DNA of 64,000 bases from an uncultured Chloroflexia bacterium (GTDB taxonomy: Bacteria; Chloroflexota; Limnocylindria; Limnocylindrales; CSP1-4): the NCBI GenBank assembly GCA_963759135.1, contig CAVWXU010000010.1, positions 32,260 to 96,259 of the forward strand, written 5' to 3'. Shown here piece by piece: positions 1 through 10,354 of the stretch. Both the position numbers and the translations under genes were made by a program. The notes under the pieces are model-generated. The model was not told the origin of the DNA, ran no database searches, and was given only the letters and a program-made list of their open reading frames with translations. How positions within the stretch are numbered: the first letter of the stretch is position 1; the number at the start of each line of letters is the position of its first letter.

Positions 1-1251
1 ATGCCCGGCGAGAGCCTCCTCCCAGGGCCGCAGCTCCGATGGCGGCACCTGGTAGTCCCGGCCGCCCTGTGAGAAGAACATCGGGATCCCGAGGCTCGCG
101 GCCACCGTGAGGGGGTGGTAGGTGCGCAGGTCGAGCCAGTACGAGGCGGGGGCATTCAGGGGCAGCAGGGAGGCCGGCGTCGACGGCGAGAGGCTGGGCG
201 ACTCGGCCAGCGCCACCTGCGCCTTCAGAGCGGCGAGCTGCTGCTCGACCTGCGGGCTCGGGCTGCCCTGCAGCGAGGCGAGGTACTCCTCCTGGATGAC
301 GATGAGCTGCACGAGCGGGGTGCTGGGTGCTTCGAGCATCGCGATGCCCGCCAGCTCGCCCGGCACCTGGGCCGCGATGCGCGGCGCGAGGTACGCGCCC
401 AGGCTGTGTCCCACCAGGAAGACCCTCTCGGGGTCGACATTCGGGGTCCCGCGCAGCAGCGCGATGGCGGCGATTGCGTCATCGGTCGTCTCCTGGCGCA
501 CCGTGATGCTCGTGTCGGCAGCCATCTGCGTCGCGTACACGAGCGTCCGCTTGTCGTACCGCAGCACGGCGATGCCGGCCGAGGCGAGGCCCCAGGCAAG
601 GTCGCGGAAGGGTTTGTTGGGGCCGAACGTCTCGTCCCGGTCCGCTGGTCCCGACCCTTGCACCAGCACGACCGCCGGGAAGGGGCCCGTTCCGTCGGGC
701 ATCGTCAGCGTCCCGGGCAGCGCCCAGGGGGCCGAGCCGACCGTGACGGCTCGCTCGGTGAACGACCCAGGTTTGACGTACGAGGCAGGCGCCTCGGATG
801 CCGCCTGTGACGGCGCCGGCGCCACCGCCGCAACGTGGAGCCCGGCGACCTGCCCGGAGGCCGCCACGGTCACGGTCAGCGTCACCGTGCTGTGCGCGAA
901 GTTCGTGTCCACGGCGGCAATCGTGTAGGGCGCCTGCACCGTCGTGGTCACGCCGCCGATCCCCTGGAAGGCGCCGTACCGGGCCACGAACTGTTGCCAG
1001 AGCTGCCCGAGTGAGGCCGCCGGTGCGGCGGCCCGCATCGCGGCGTCCTCCATGGCCTCGGCGCCGGCGTCGTCGCCCGTCGCGAGCGCGCCGATGAAGG
1101 CCCGTCCGATCGAGGCGGGATCACCGCCGGTGGCGGTCGGCGCCCCGGCCGTGCCGCCGGGCGCGCCGGCGGGGGAGGGCGCCACGGAGGTCGAGCCGCA
1201 ACCCGCGAGCACGGAGACGGCGACCAGGGTAACGATCAGGCGGCGGAGCAT
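1..1251 (-). CDS. alpha/beta hydrolase lipoprotein (S9/dienelactone-hydrolase-like); C-terminus runs off the window
   Basis: Absent from the ORF track because it leaves the window. Reverse translation from ATG 1251-1249 gives MLRRLIVTLVAVSVLAGC (lipobox), then VFLVGHSLGAY (nucleophile elbow) and GGRDYQV. The frame stays open to base 1. Confidence 0.8.
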   Translation of the reverse strand, partial: MLRRLIVTLVAVSVLAGCGSTSVAPSPAGAPGGTAGAPTATGGDPASIGRAFIGALATGDDAGAEAMEDAAMRAAAPAASLGQLWQQFVARYGAFQGIGGVTTTVQAPYTIAAVDTNFAHSTVTLTVTVAASGQVAGLHVAAVAPAPSQAASEAPASYVKPGSFTERAVTVGSAPWALPGTLTMPDGTGPFPAVVLVQGSGPADRDETFGPNKPFRDLAWGLASAGIAVLRYDKRTLVYATQMAADTSITVRQETTDDAIAAIALLRGTPNVDPERVFLVGHSLGAYLAPRIAAQVPGELAGIAMLEAPSTPLVQLIVIQEEYLASLQGSPSPQVEQQLAALKAQVALAESPSLSPSTPASLLPLNAPASYWLDLRTYHPLTVAASLGIPMFFSQGGRDYQVPPSELRPWEEALAGH

Positions 1252-1285
1252 CGCGATCCCCGCACGGCGGTCCACGTGTCCAGGA

Positions 1286-2464
1286 TCAGCCGCCGGACTC
1301 GCCCGCAGCCGGCAGCGCCGACGGTCCGGTGCGGGCCTCCCGGACCTGCCACGCCGCGGTGATCGCCGTGGTCAACGGCACCGCCGCGAGGATCCCCAGG
1401 CTTCCCACGAGAGTCCGCACGACCTCGACGGCGATCACCTCCTGGTTCACGGCGTCGCCCAGCGAGCCGACCTGGATCGAGAGGATCACGAGCAGCGGAA
1501 GCGCCGTCCCGAGGTAGGCGAACACGAGCGTGTTGATCGTCGCGGCGAGATGCGCGATGCCGACGTTCATCGCGCGTGCGTACAGGGCACGTGCGTCGAG
1601 CGTGGGATCGGCGTGCGCGAGCTCCTCGACCGTGGCTGCCTGGCTCATGGCGACGTCGTTCAGTACGCCCAGGCCGCCGAAGATCACGGCAGCCAGCAGC
1701 AGCCCGCTCAGGTCGATCCGGTTGCCCACGAGCTGCCCCAGCGTCACGATCTCCTCGGAACCCTGGGCCGACGTGAACTGCGCCGCGGCGGTGACGATGG
1801 CGGCCAGCGCGCCGGTGATCAGGAGCCCGGAGCTCGTGCCGATGATGGCGGCCAGGGTCGTGCGCGTGGGACCCTGCGTGAGCAGGAAGCTCAGGGCCGT
1901 GACCGCGATCCCGAACACGACGGCGAGGACCACCGGATTCCAGCCCAGCAGCAGCAACGGGATGAGCAGCCGGATGGTGAACCCGACGGTGAGGACGAGC
2001 GACACGACCGCCCGCATGCCACGCCAGCCGGCGATCGCGGCGACGACGACGACGAAGGCGGCCGCCAGCACCCCCAGGAGCGGCAGACGCCAGCGGTCGA
2101 CGACGTCGTATGCGATGGGGGCGCCCGGCTGGTGGTCGATCGACACGACGACCTCGTCGCCGGGGCGGTAGTCGGGAAGCTGCAGCTGGCTGCTGGGACC
2201 CTGCAGTTGGGCCTCCACCCGTGCCCCGGCCTGCGCCCCGTCCAGGATCACGACCGTGGCGCTCGGCTGTGCGCCCGCCTGTGCGGGCGTACGGGAGACG
2301 ATGCGGGCATGGACCAGGTCGGAGACGACCTCGTGCGTGGATGACGGCACGAGATTCGGGATGAACAACAGCACGCCGACCAGCAGGATCATGCCGAGGC
2401 CGTACGCGACGATGCGTCGGTCGTTGCGCAGTTCCGAGTCCTGGGGGGCGGGCGTGGACGCCAT
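1286..2464 (-). CDS. YibE/F family membrane protein
   Basis: ORF 1286..2560 is multi-TM with YibE/F-like sequence (GVLNDVAMSQA, TLVFAYLG). I prefer the internal start MASTPAPQ at 2464; upstream alternatives exist. Confidence 0.75.
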   Translation of the reverse strand: MASTPAPQDSELRNDRRIVAYGLGMILLVGVLLFIPNLVPSSTHEVVSDLVHARIVSRTPAQAGAQPSATVVILDGAQAGARVEAQLQGPSSQLQLPDYRPGDEVVVSIDHQPGAPIAYDVVDRWRLPLLGVLAAAFVVVVAAIAGWRGMRAVVSLVLTVGFTIRLLIPLLLLGWNPVVLAVVFGIAVTALSFLLTQGPTRTTLAAIIGTSSGLLITGALAAIVTAAAQFTSAQGSEEIVTLGQLVGNRIDLSGLLLAAVIFGGLGVLNDVAMSQAATVEELAHADPTLDARALYARAMNVGIAHLAATINTLVFAYLGTALPLLVILSIQVGSLGDAVNQEVIAVEVVRTLVGSLGILAAVPLTTAITAAWQVREARTGPSALPAAGESGG

Positions 2465-2690
2465 GGTCGGGTACCTCGTGGTGGACACGCGGGACGGCGG
2501 CATGCTACCCGGGACGGGGCGTCGTGGCGAGTTATGGACCCTTCGGGCCGCCGGCGGCACCGTCTGCGAGCCGGCTCAACCGCATCTCCGCGAGCCGGCG
2601 ATCACCACGCGAGCGGGCACAGCCATTGCCTGGCAGGCCGGCACGGCCAGCGCATGGCGGGCCGGCACAGCCGTGCAGGCCCTCTGCGGC

Positions 2691-4013
2691 TCACACGAAG
2701 AGGCGCGGATTCACGAACTGCCCGTTGAGTTCGACCATCCAGAGCAGGTGCGGGCCCGTGCTGATCCCGGTGTTCCCTTCGTAGGCGATGACCTGCCCCT
2801 GTGTCACCCTGTCGCCCTTTGCCACCAGCGGGGCATGGGAGCCGTCGTCGACGTGGGCGTACCACGTGAGCAGGTTCTGCGAGTGGGCGATGATCACGAT
2901 CCAGGCGCGTTCGCCGGGCGGATCGTACGGGTTGGGCCCCACGAAGAGCACGACCCCGGGGCCGGCGGCGCGGATGGGCGTGTCCATCGGCCCGGCGATG
3001 TCGATCCCCAGGTGGAAATGCGGGCAGTTCCCCAGCGGCGCCTCCAGCGGAAAGCCCGTGCACCCGAACTCCTGCGTGACCGTGCCGTCCATCGGCCACT
3101 CGAACGTGCCGTTGTACACGGACGGCACCGCCGCCGCGCTGAGCAGCTCGTTGATCTGGTTCTTCAGCCGGTCCAGCGCCGCGACTTCCTGGGCCAGCTC
3201 CGCGGCCGCCTTGGACCGGTCCCGGCCGATCGCGACGGCGGCGGCAGCCTGTGCGGCCCGCGCCGCCGACGCCTGCGCCGCCAGCCCGGCCAGGCGAGCC
3301 TGGGCCTTCGCGAGCGCCTGCGCCTGGACCGTCAACGTGCCTTTCTCGTCGAAGAGCGCCAGGCGAGCCTGCTGGACCTGCGTCCGGGACGCCTGGGTGG
3401 TCGCGAGGAGCTGGCCGACTGACGCGCCCTGCTGCGCGATCTGGGCGGCCAGCTGCGCCTCGTCGTTTCCGGATTGGAGGTAGTTGCTCACGTCGGACAG
3501 GACGTCGAGCAACGAGCGGGCGTTCAGGATCTGGACCCAGAGCGGCGTCTGCGCGGCGAGGTACGCCTGCCCGATGTCGGCGGCCAGGGTCCCGCGCGTG
3601 GCCGCCAGTTCGCCCTGCGCGGCGGCCAGGTCCTCCCCGAGGTTGCTCACCTGTGCGTCCAGGTCGTTCACCTGGCCGACCAGCGCCGTGTAGCCGGCCC
3701 GGACAGCGGTGAGGGTGGCGCTCGCCTGCTCGTAGCTGGCCTGCACGCTCGCCTGGTCGATGTTGATTCCCGCGAGCGCGTGCTGTGTGGCGGCGAGCTG
3801 TGACGCGGCGCGCGCCGCGTCCTGCTGCAACTGCGCCACCGCCGCGCGCTGCGCGCTGATCTTCGCCTGCAGCGCACGCTGGGCGGCCAGGGCGTTCTGC
3901 AGCGCACTCCCAGCGAGCGCGGCCGTCGGCTGGCCGGCTGACGCGCCGAGCAAGGTGGCCGCGCACAGGACGACGGCCACGAGGACCTGGAGACAAGTGC
4001 GAGGGTGCCGCAT
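2691..4013 (-). CDS. M23 family metallopeptidase with N-terminal coiled-coil and signal peptide
   Basis: The C-terminus carries HLGIDIAG ... WYAHV ... GNTGISTGPHLLW (LytM/M23 motifs). The Ala/Gln-rich middle looks like a coiled coil. The signal-peptide start MRHPRTCLQVLVAVVL is at 4013. Confidence 0.85.
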   Translation of the reverse strand: MRHPRTCLQVLVAVVLCAATLLGASAGQPTAALAGSALQNALAAQRALQAKISAQRAAVAQLQQDAARAASQLAATQHALAGINIDQASVQASYEQASATLTAVRAGYTALVGQVNDLDAQVSNLGEDLAAAQGELAATRGTLAADIGQAYLAAQTPLWVQILNARSLLDVLSDVSNYLQSGNDEAQLAAQIAQQGASVGQLLATTQASRTQVQQARLALFDEKGTLTVQAQALAKAQARLAGLAAQASAARAAQAAAAVAIGRDRSKAAAELAQEVAALDRLKNQINELLSAAAVPSVYNGTFEWPMDGTVTQEFGCTGFPLEAPLGNCPHFHLGIDIAGPMDTPIRAAGPGVVLFVGPNPYDPPGERAWIVIIAHSQNLLTWYAHVDDGSHAPLVAKGDRVTQGQVIAYEGNTGISTGPHLLWMVELNGQFVNPRLFV

Positions 4014-4153
4014 CAGGTGTGCAGCATCGTACAGGCGCGCTCCATGACTGCGCCCGGCGGCGCCGACGTGAACTTGCCCGCCGGTGATGCGCCGTCCAGG
4101 CGAGGGGCACACCCGCGCGAACGACCCGGCTGGCGGCATGGTACCCGACTTGC

Positions 4154-5299
4154 CTACGCGACCTCCCGCCGGATCGTGAGCGAGGCGATCGCGGCGAAGA
4201 GGATCGCGACCGCGGCCAGCACCGCCAGGTCGAGCCGCAGCGCCGCCACGTCCAGGCCGGCGCCACGGATGAACACCTGGCGCAGGCCGTCGACGGCGTA
4301 GTCGAGTGGCATCAGCGGCACCAGCGGCTTGAGGACCGACGGCAGCGTGCTCACCGGGAACAGGACGCCGGAGAGCAGGAACTGCGGGACCAGCACCAGC
4401 GGGATGAACTGGATGACCTGGAGCTCGGTGCGGGCGAACGTCGACAGGAAGATCCCGAGGCTCACCGCCCCGACGGCCAGGAGCACAACGACGAGGAAGG
4501 CCACGACCGGGTTGCCGGCCATCGCGACGCCGAGCCCAACCGCGAACCCGGGCAGCGGCCCGATGGCGGGCACGTGGACGGTGCCAAGCACCCAGACCAT
4601 GAGCAGGGCGACCTGGATCATCGCGAAGAGACCGAAGCCGAGCGTGTAACCGGTGACGATCTCTCCGCGCGACACCGGCGTCGCCAGCAACCGCTCGAGC
4701 GTCCCGCCCGTCCGCTCGCGCAGGAAGCTCACGCCCGTCAGGAGGTAGACGAAGAAATAGGCGAAGAAGCCGACGATGGCCGGCGCGAAGCTCGTGATGG
4801 GGTCCTTGCTGGGGACGCCGTAGATGGTGGCGTGCGAGATCGCTGGGAGGCTGACCCCGGCCAAGGCGCTCGTGACCCCCAGGAGCGCCTTCTGGACGCT
4901 CGCGATCTGGTCGCCTTCGCCGGCGGGATCCAGCCCGTTCGTGATCACCGTGATCGTCCTCGGGCCTGCGGAGGCGATGTCGGCCGGGAGGACGACAGCG
5001 ATGGACGCCTGCCCGTCCTCGATCTCCGCGCGTGCGGCGGCCACATCCGCGGCCTGGACGAGCGTCGAGCCCTGGCTCCGCAGTGCCTCGCCGATCGCGC
5101 CCGCGACGAGGGCGCCGGCCGGGCCCGCCTGGTCCACGACGACCGCATGCACGGTAGGCGTCTGGCTCTCGCGCAGGATGAACGTGACGAGTCCGGTTAC
5201 GAGGATCGGGGCGATGAACAGGAGCGCCAGGGACGGGCGGTCGCGGCGGATCTCCGCGACGACGCGGCGGAACAGGGCGAACACGCGCCGGCCGTTCAT
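4154..5299 (-). CDS. ABC-2 type transporter permease
   Basis: 381-aa polytopic protein with a large first loop and C-terminal TM bundle. It overlaps the upstream ATPase gene by 4 nt. Confidence 0.8.
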   Translation of the reverse strand: MNGRRVFALFRRVVAEIRRDRPSLALLFIAPILVTGLVTFILRESQTPTVHAVVVDQAGPAGALVAGAIGEALRSQGSTLVQAADVAAARAEIEDGQASIAVVLPADIASAGPRTITVITNGLDPAGEGDQIASVQKALLGVTSALAGVSLPAISHATIYGVPSKDPITSFAPAIVGFFAYFFVYLLTGVSFLRERTGGTLERLLATPVSRGEIVTGYTLGFGLFAMIQVALLMVWVLGTVHVPAIGPLPGFAVGLGVAMAGNPVVAFLVVVLLAVGAVSLGIFLSTFARTELQVIQFIPLVLVPQFLLSGVLFPVSTLPSVLKPLVPLMPLDYAVDGLRQVFIRGAGLDVAALRLDLAVLAAVAILFAAIASLTIRREVA

Positions 5300-6057
5300 C
5301 GCGCCACCTCGTTGCCGCCGTAGTGCAGGAATGCCTGTTCGAGGTCGGCGGTTCCGGCTCGCGCGCGGAGTTCCTGGCCGGTCCCCCTGGCGATGATCCT
5401 GCCGGATCGCACGAACAGCAGTTCGTCGCAGCGGTCGGCCTCGTCCATCACGTGGCTCGAGACGACGATCGTCGTGCCGGCGTCGGCCAGCGCGCGGAAA
5501 TGCGCCCAGAACTGGACGCGGAGGAGAGGGTCGATCCCCACGGTCGGCTCGTCCAGGAACAGCACCTCGGGGCGGTGGATCAGCGCGCAGGCGAGCGACA
5601 GCCGACGTCTCATGCCGCCGGACAGCGTGCCGGCGACGGTGTCGTGCCGATCGGCAAGATCGACGAGGGCGACCGCGTCCATCCAGGCATCCCTTGCCGT
5701 GACCCCGTACATTGCGCCGAAGAATTGCGCGTTCTCGGCGACGGTGAGTGCCGGGTAGATGCCGTCGCTCTGGGTCATGTAGCCGATGCGGCTGAGGTTC
5801 GAACGCGACGGCATCGGGATCCCGAGCACCTCGGCGGTGCCCTTCGTCGATCGCGTCATGCCGGTGAGCAGCCGGATCAGGGTGGTCTTGCCGGAACCGT
5901 TCGGGCCCAGCAGGCCGTAGATGCGGCCGGGCGTCAGCTCGAAGTCCATGCCGTCGACGGCTCGCACGCTACCGAACGCCTTCTCGAGCCCGAGCGCGCG
6001 GATCGCGGGAGGTGGCTGCGCACCGACCACGGGTCCAGGGACTGGGGCGTCCAGCAT
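5296..6057 (-). CDS. ABC transporter ATP-binding protein
   Basis: Walker A GPNGSGKTT, signature LSGGMRRRL and Walker B LFLDEPT. I prefer the start MLDAPVPG at 6057 over the Arg-rich extension in the track. Confidence 0.9.
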   Translation of the reverse strand: MLDAPVPGPVVGAQPPPAIRALGLEKAFGSVRAVDGMDFELTPGRIYGLLGPNGSGKTTLIRLLTGMTRSTKGTAEVLGIPMPSRSNLSRIGYMTQSDGIYPALTVAENAQFFGAMYGVTARDAWMDAVALVDLADRHDTVAGTLSGGMRRRLSLACALIHRPEVLFLDEPTVGIDPLLRVQFWAHFRALADAGTTIVVSSHVMDEADRCDELLFVRSGRIIARGTGQELRARAGTADLEQAFLHYGGNEVAR

Positions 6058-6145
6058 CGCATCACTCCTCCGGGTCGGCGGCGTGTGTCCGCCTGGGTGT
6101 TCGCGGTCGCAACGATCGACGGACACAGTGTGGCGTGATCGACCG

Positions 6146-6616
6146 TTAGCGGCCGGGCCGCAGGTCCACGCTGAAGTCGAGGTGAGCGCGCAGCATCGCC
6201 AGGGCATCGCTCCAGAGCTCGATGGCCTCCGCCCACGCGTCGATCGCTCCGGGCGCGTCGAGGCGAAAGGGACCGTCGTCGAGGTCGAGGCGGGTCCCGT
6301 ATCCGGCGGGGCGAATCGCCACCTGGACGTCGGTGACCACGGAATCGTCCGGAAGCCACGGCCTGCGGAACGCAAAGCGGGAGTACGGCTCCGCCCGTGT
6401 CACCTGCCACCACACGCGCCGGTCCGCCCAGGTCAGCACGGACCGCGCTCCCACCGCCAGGCCGCCCTCGATCTGCAGGGGGAACCACCGGGCGAGCTCC
6501 TCCGGGTCGGCCCAGGCGCGGAACACCCTCTGCGGAGGGGCGTTGAGACGGCGCCGCAGGCGTACCCAGCGCTCAACGTCGGTCCCGGGCGGAAGCCGCG
6601 CTTCGTCGTGTGCCAT
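6146..6616 (-). CDS. SRPBCC/AHSA1-like domain protein
   Basis: 156 aa with VFRAWADPEELARWF, typical of the Aha1/START-like family. Confidence 0.75.
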   Translation of the reverse strand: MAHDEARLPPGTDVERWVRLRRRLNAPPQRVFRAWADPEELARWFPLQIEGGLAVGARSVLTWADRRVWWQVTRAEPYSRFAFRRPWLPDDSVVTDVQVAIRPAGYGTRLDLDDGPFRLDAPGAIDAWAEAIELWSDALAMLRAHLDFSVDLRPGR

Positions 6617-6702
6617 GCGGTCTCCCTGTTCTGCCGAAGTGGCGGACGCGGCATCGTGGCGGACGCGGCCGCCGTGGCGGTCAGTGGATGGTCAGTGGGT
6701 GG

Positions 6703-7002
6703 TCAGTGGAGCCGCAGCTCGGGCTGCAGGCGGGCGAGCTCGTCGCGAAGGTCGGGAGCCTCGTCGAGCCTGGCGAGGACTTCGAGGACGAGCTTGTTCA
6801 CGGCGCTCGTCCCCGTCACGCCGGCCGCGGCCTCCACGATCTCCGTCAGCCGCCGACCGGCCGCGGCGTCGAGGTGGTCCAGGCGGTCGACTCCGAGCTC
6901 CTCGGCGGCCGCCGCCGCCAGGAGCGAGGCCACTCGCTCGCATACCCTGGCGCTCCGCAGGCGAGCGGCCAGGTTCGGCGGTGCGACGTGTAGCGCGTCC
7001 AT
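6703..7002 (-). CDS. hypothetical protein (99 aa)
   Basis: Start MDALH at 7002 is preceded by GGGAGG at 5-nt spacing. Third-position GC is high. I recognise no domain. Confidence 0.5.
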   Translation of the reverse strand: MDALHVAPPNLAARLRSARVCERVASLLAAAAAEELGVDRLDHLDAAAGRRLTEIVEAAAGVTGTSAVNKLVLEVLARLDEAPDLRDELARLQPELRLH

Positions 7003-7223
7003 GACGCCTCCCTCGGGCTGCGAGCCGGGCGGCACCGACCACGTCCCGGCGACCGTGTCGGCAGTGCCCGCCTGCTGGATCACGGCCGAGTGCATCGTGG
7101 GCGACGGTTACCCGTCCGGCCAGAGTCGTTGCGCCCGAAATCTGCGCAATGTTGGCGTCTGAAACCGGCGAGCGCGGGTGGGCGACGGCGGGGCGAGCCT
7201 TGCCGCGGCGTCGGGCGCCCGCG

Positions 7224-8294
7224 TCAGGCCGGGAGGCTGAACCACACGCGCGTCTGGCCGCCCGTCGACTCGGCGCCGACCGCTCCGCCGTGCGCTTCCA
7301 CGAGCTGCTTCACGATGGACAGGCCGATGCCGGCGCCGCCACGCGCTCGATCGCGCGACTTGTCCACCCGGTAGAAGCGCTCGAAGACGTGAGGCAGATC
7401 GGAAGGCGGAATGCCCTCGCCGGGGTTGGTCACCGCCACCAGCACGTCCGTGCGCCGCCGTCGAGCCGTCACCAGCACGCGGCCCCCTGCCGGCGTGTAC
7501 CGCAGGGCGTTCTGCAGAAGGTTCCCCAGCACCTGCGCAAGCTGGTCCGAGTCCCCGCGGACCCGCAGGTCCGGCGGAGACTCGACCTCGAGATCGAGTC
7601 CGGCCGCCTGCGCCGCCGGGTGCGCGAGCTCGACGGCCGACCGAATGACGGCAGCCAGGTCGAGGTCGACGAGAGGCGGCGGCCCGGCGGCGTCGCCCGC
7701 GGCGAGCGTGTCGAGTCCATGAGACAGGCGGACCAGCCGTTCCGTCTCCTCCCAGAGCGACTCGAACGTGTCCCGGTCGGGCGGGATGACGCCGTCGCGC
7801 AGCGCCTCGAGGTAGCCCTTCAGGTTGGTCAGGGGCGTCCGCAGCTCGTGGGCGGCGTTGGCGATGAACTCGCGCCGCATTCGTTCCTGCTCCTCGAGCG
7901 CCTCGGCCATCTGGTTGAACGAATTGGCCAGGCTGACGATCTCGTCGGGACCGCGCCGCTCGATCCGCGACTCGTAGCGTCCCTGGGCGATCCGCCGCGC
8001 GGCCGCCCCGATCTCGCGCAATGGTTGAACGAAGCGGGCGGCGACAAGGGTGGCGAGCACGGCGGCCACCACCACCGCCACCAGTGCGGCGAACAGGACG
8101 ACCTGCACGACGGAGTCCTCGAACATCGCGTTGCTCGAGGCGGTGCTGATGCCGTGCCTCGCCATCAGGGCCGCGAACGTCTGAGACCCCACGACGATGA
8201 CGCCGGCCGCCAGGATGACCAGGGCGACCGCGGCGACGGCGATTGCCGCCGCGGCGATGCGCAGCCCGACCCCGCCGGGCGCGCGGCGTCTCAC
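7224..8294 (-). CDS. sensor histidine kinase (TM-HAMP-HisKA-HATPase)
   Basis: H-box AAHELRTPLT, N box LLQNALRYTP and G boxes GGAGIGLSIV. GTGA overlap with the upstream response regulator. Confidence 0.9.
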   Translation of the reverse strand: MRRRAPGGVGLRIAAAAIAVAAVALVILAAGVIVVGSQTFAALMARHGISTASSNAMFEDSVVQVVLFAALVAVVVAAVLATLVAARFVQPLREIGAAARRIAQGRYESRIERRGPDEIVSLANSFNQMAEALEEQERMRREFIANAAHELRTPLTNLKGYLEALRDGVIPPDRDTFESLWEETERLVRLSHGLDTLAAGDAAGPPPLVDLDLAAVIRSAVELAHPAAQAAGLDLEVESPPDLRVRGDSDQLAQVLGNLLQNALRYTPAGGRVLVTARRRRTDVLVAVTNPGEGIPPSDLPHVFERFYRVDKSRDRARGGAGIGLSIVKQLVEAHGGAVGAESTGGQTRVWFSLPA

Positions 8295-9016
8295 GGTTCG
8301 GCCGCGTCCGGCGCGGCTCGGTATCCCACGCCGCGCACCGTCGCGACGTACCGGGGGTGGCCAGCGTCGTCGCCGAGCTTGGCGCGCAGCCGCCGCACGT
8401 GCGCGTCGATCGTGCGGTCCAGGATGTCGGCCTCGCCGTGGCCGTAGACCGCGTCGAGCAGCTGGTCGCGCGAGAGGACCCGGCCGCCCGCCGCGAGCAG
8501 CGCGGCGAGGAGTCGGAACTCCACGGCGGTCAGCGGAACGGCGTGGCCCGCAACGGTGACCTCGTGACGATCCGCGTCGAGCACGAGGTCGCGGTGACGG
8601 ATGGGCGCTTCCGGCAGCCCGGACCCGGCCCGTCGGGCGGTCGGCGCGGTGCGGTCGAGAATCCGCCGCACGCGGAGCACGAGCTCGGCGGGGGAGAACG
8701 GCTTGGGCAGGTAGTCGTCGGCACCCTCCGCGAGCCCCGCAATCCGGTCGGCTGTTGTGCCACGGGCGGACAGCACGAGGATGGGCGTGGGGTCGGTGCG
8801 CCGCACGGCTCGGATGACGGCGAGCCCGTCCACCTCGGGCAGCATGAGGTCGAGCACCACCAGCGACGGGGCCTCCAGGGCGACGGCCGCGAGCGCGCTC
8901 CTGCCGTCGGTCGCCTCGACCACCCTGAGCCCATCGCGCTCCAGGTACGTCCGCACCAGGCGCACGATCTTCGGATCGTCATCGACGACGAGGATGGGTG
9001 CTGGGAGGGTGGTCAC
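8291..9016 (-). CDS. OmpR-family response regulator
   Basis: Receiver ILVVDDD ... VLDLMLPEVDG ... YLPKPF plus a winged-helix C-terminus (GVGYR). Confidence 0.9.
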   Translation of the reverse strand: MTTLPAPILVVDDDPKIVRLVRTYLERDGLRVVEATDGRSALAAVALEAPSLVVLDLMLPEVDGLAVIRAVRRTDPTPILVLSARGTTADRIAGLAEGADDYLPKPFSPAELVLRVRRILDRTAPTARRAGSGLPEAPIRHRDLVLDADRHEVTVAGHAVPLTAVEFRLLAALLAAGGRVLSRDQLLDAVYGHGEADILDRTIDAHVRRLRAKLGDDAGHPRYVATVRGVGYRAAPDAAEP

Positions 9017-9117
9017 GCTGGCATCCTAGAGTGAGAGTGTGGCACTGGCCAGAGGCTCCAGCGGGCGGAGAGCGGGGGCACTCGCCCCCGCTCTCCGGTT
9101 CGTTGAGGAGTCGGCGG

Positions 9118-10232
9118 TTACGAGGCGGCGAGGCCGCCCCCCGGCCCCGACCGGCAGGCCGCTGGTGCTGCCGATCGCGCTCAGGCTGGCACCTGGACCG
9201 ATGCGGAATGCATCGATGGTCTGCGCGCCGACATCGACCACGTAGAGGAAGCGCCCGTCACCGGACACCGACGCGTCGAGGAGCGGGGTGCTCGTGGAAG
9301 CCGGGCCGAAGGCGGTCCCACTGAGCAGCGTCAGGCTGCCATTGGGGGCGATGGCGTAGGACGGAGATGGCGGCATTGTGGGCGTCGATCGTGAAGGCGT
9401 AGCGGCCGTCGGGCGTGAGGGCCACCCAGCAGGCGGCGACCTGGCCATTGGCGACCGAGGCTGAGATCACGCTCGGCACCCCCGTGGATGAGAGCGTGTA
9501 GGAGGAGAGCGCGCTGGCCGCGGCCTCCGTGTCGAAGAGCCGGCCCTGGCCGTCGAAGGCGAAGCCGTACGGCGCAGCGCCGGAGGACATGTAGGCGCTC
9601 GGTGGGCCCGCGATGCCGAGGAAGCCGACACGGTAGGTGACGAGCTCACCGGCGAGGACCCTTCTCGGTGACGACCAGCGCGCGCCGTCGGGCTGAAGGC
9701 GATCTCCTCGGGCGAAGGTGAGGCCAGGCTGCCAGGCTCAAGGGCTGGATCGAACGCGGCAGCGCGACGAGGCGGCCGCCGAGGTTGAGGAAGCCCGCGA
9801 TATTGCCGTGTCCCCCGCGTCGAGCACGTAGACGAACGGGCCGTGGATGGTGACGCTGACGGGGTCAGTGCCTCCAGCGGCGGTGCGGGAGGTGAGGTAG
9901 AGGCCGCCGTTGGGCGCAACGGCGAAGAGCGCGACGTCGTTGCTGCCGGCGTCGACGGTGGCCAGCCAGTGCCCGTCGGCACTGAGGGTCACCGAGCCCT
10001 GGGAAGCGAGCTGCGCACCCGTGCCCGTACCGCCGGTGGCGTAGGTCCCGGCCAGGCTCAGGCTGCCGTCGGAGGCGCGGGAGTATGCGAGGACGGCATT
10101 CCCTCCCGCCGAATTGGTGATCGTGTACACCGTGCCGGCCGCCGCGGCGTTGTGGGCGGCGACCGTAGCGGGGACGCTGAACGCGAGCAGGGCGACAAGG
10201 GCGCCGAGCCCGGCTATCTGTCTGCGACGCAT
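9118..10232 (-). pseudogene. secreted 7-bladed beta-propeller lactonase (6-phosphogluconolactonase-like), multiply frameshifted
   Basis: The N-terminus MRRRQIAGLGALVALLAF...TVYTITNSAGGNAVLAY is the tail of track ORF 9738..11639. The rest is spread over ORFs 9467..9982, 9258..9590, 9026..9448 and unlisted pieces. I count at least six frame changes, including the C-run at 9811-9815. A frame change within the C-run just upstream (about 9127-9142) would give ...GLAAS and the TAA stop at 9118-9120. Confidence 0.75.
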
Positions 10233-10354
10233 CGGACGTGATCTCCTCGAGTGCCCCCGGGAACGCCCCGGGATGTCCCGAGCGTGGTCCGCGCTCGATG
10301 ACCGCCGAATGGCGGTTCCGTGACGATTTGGGGACGGCGTCCGACCGCCTGGCC

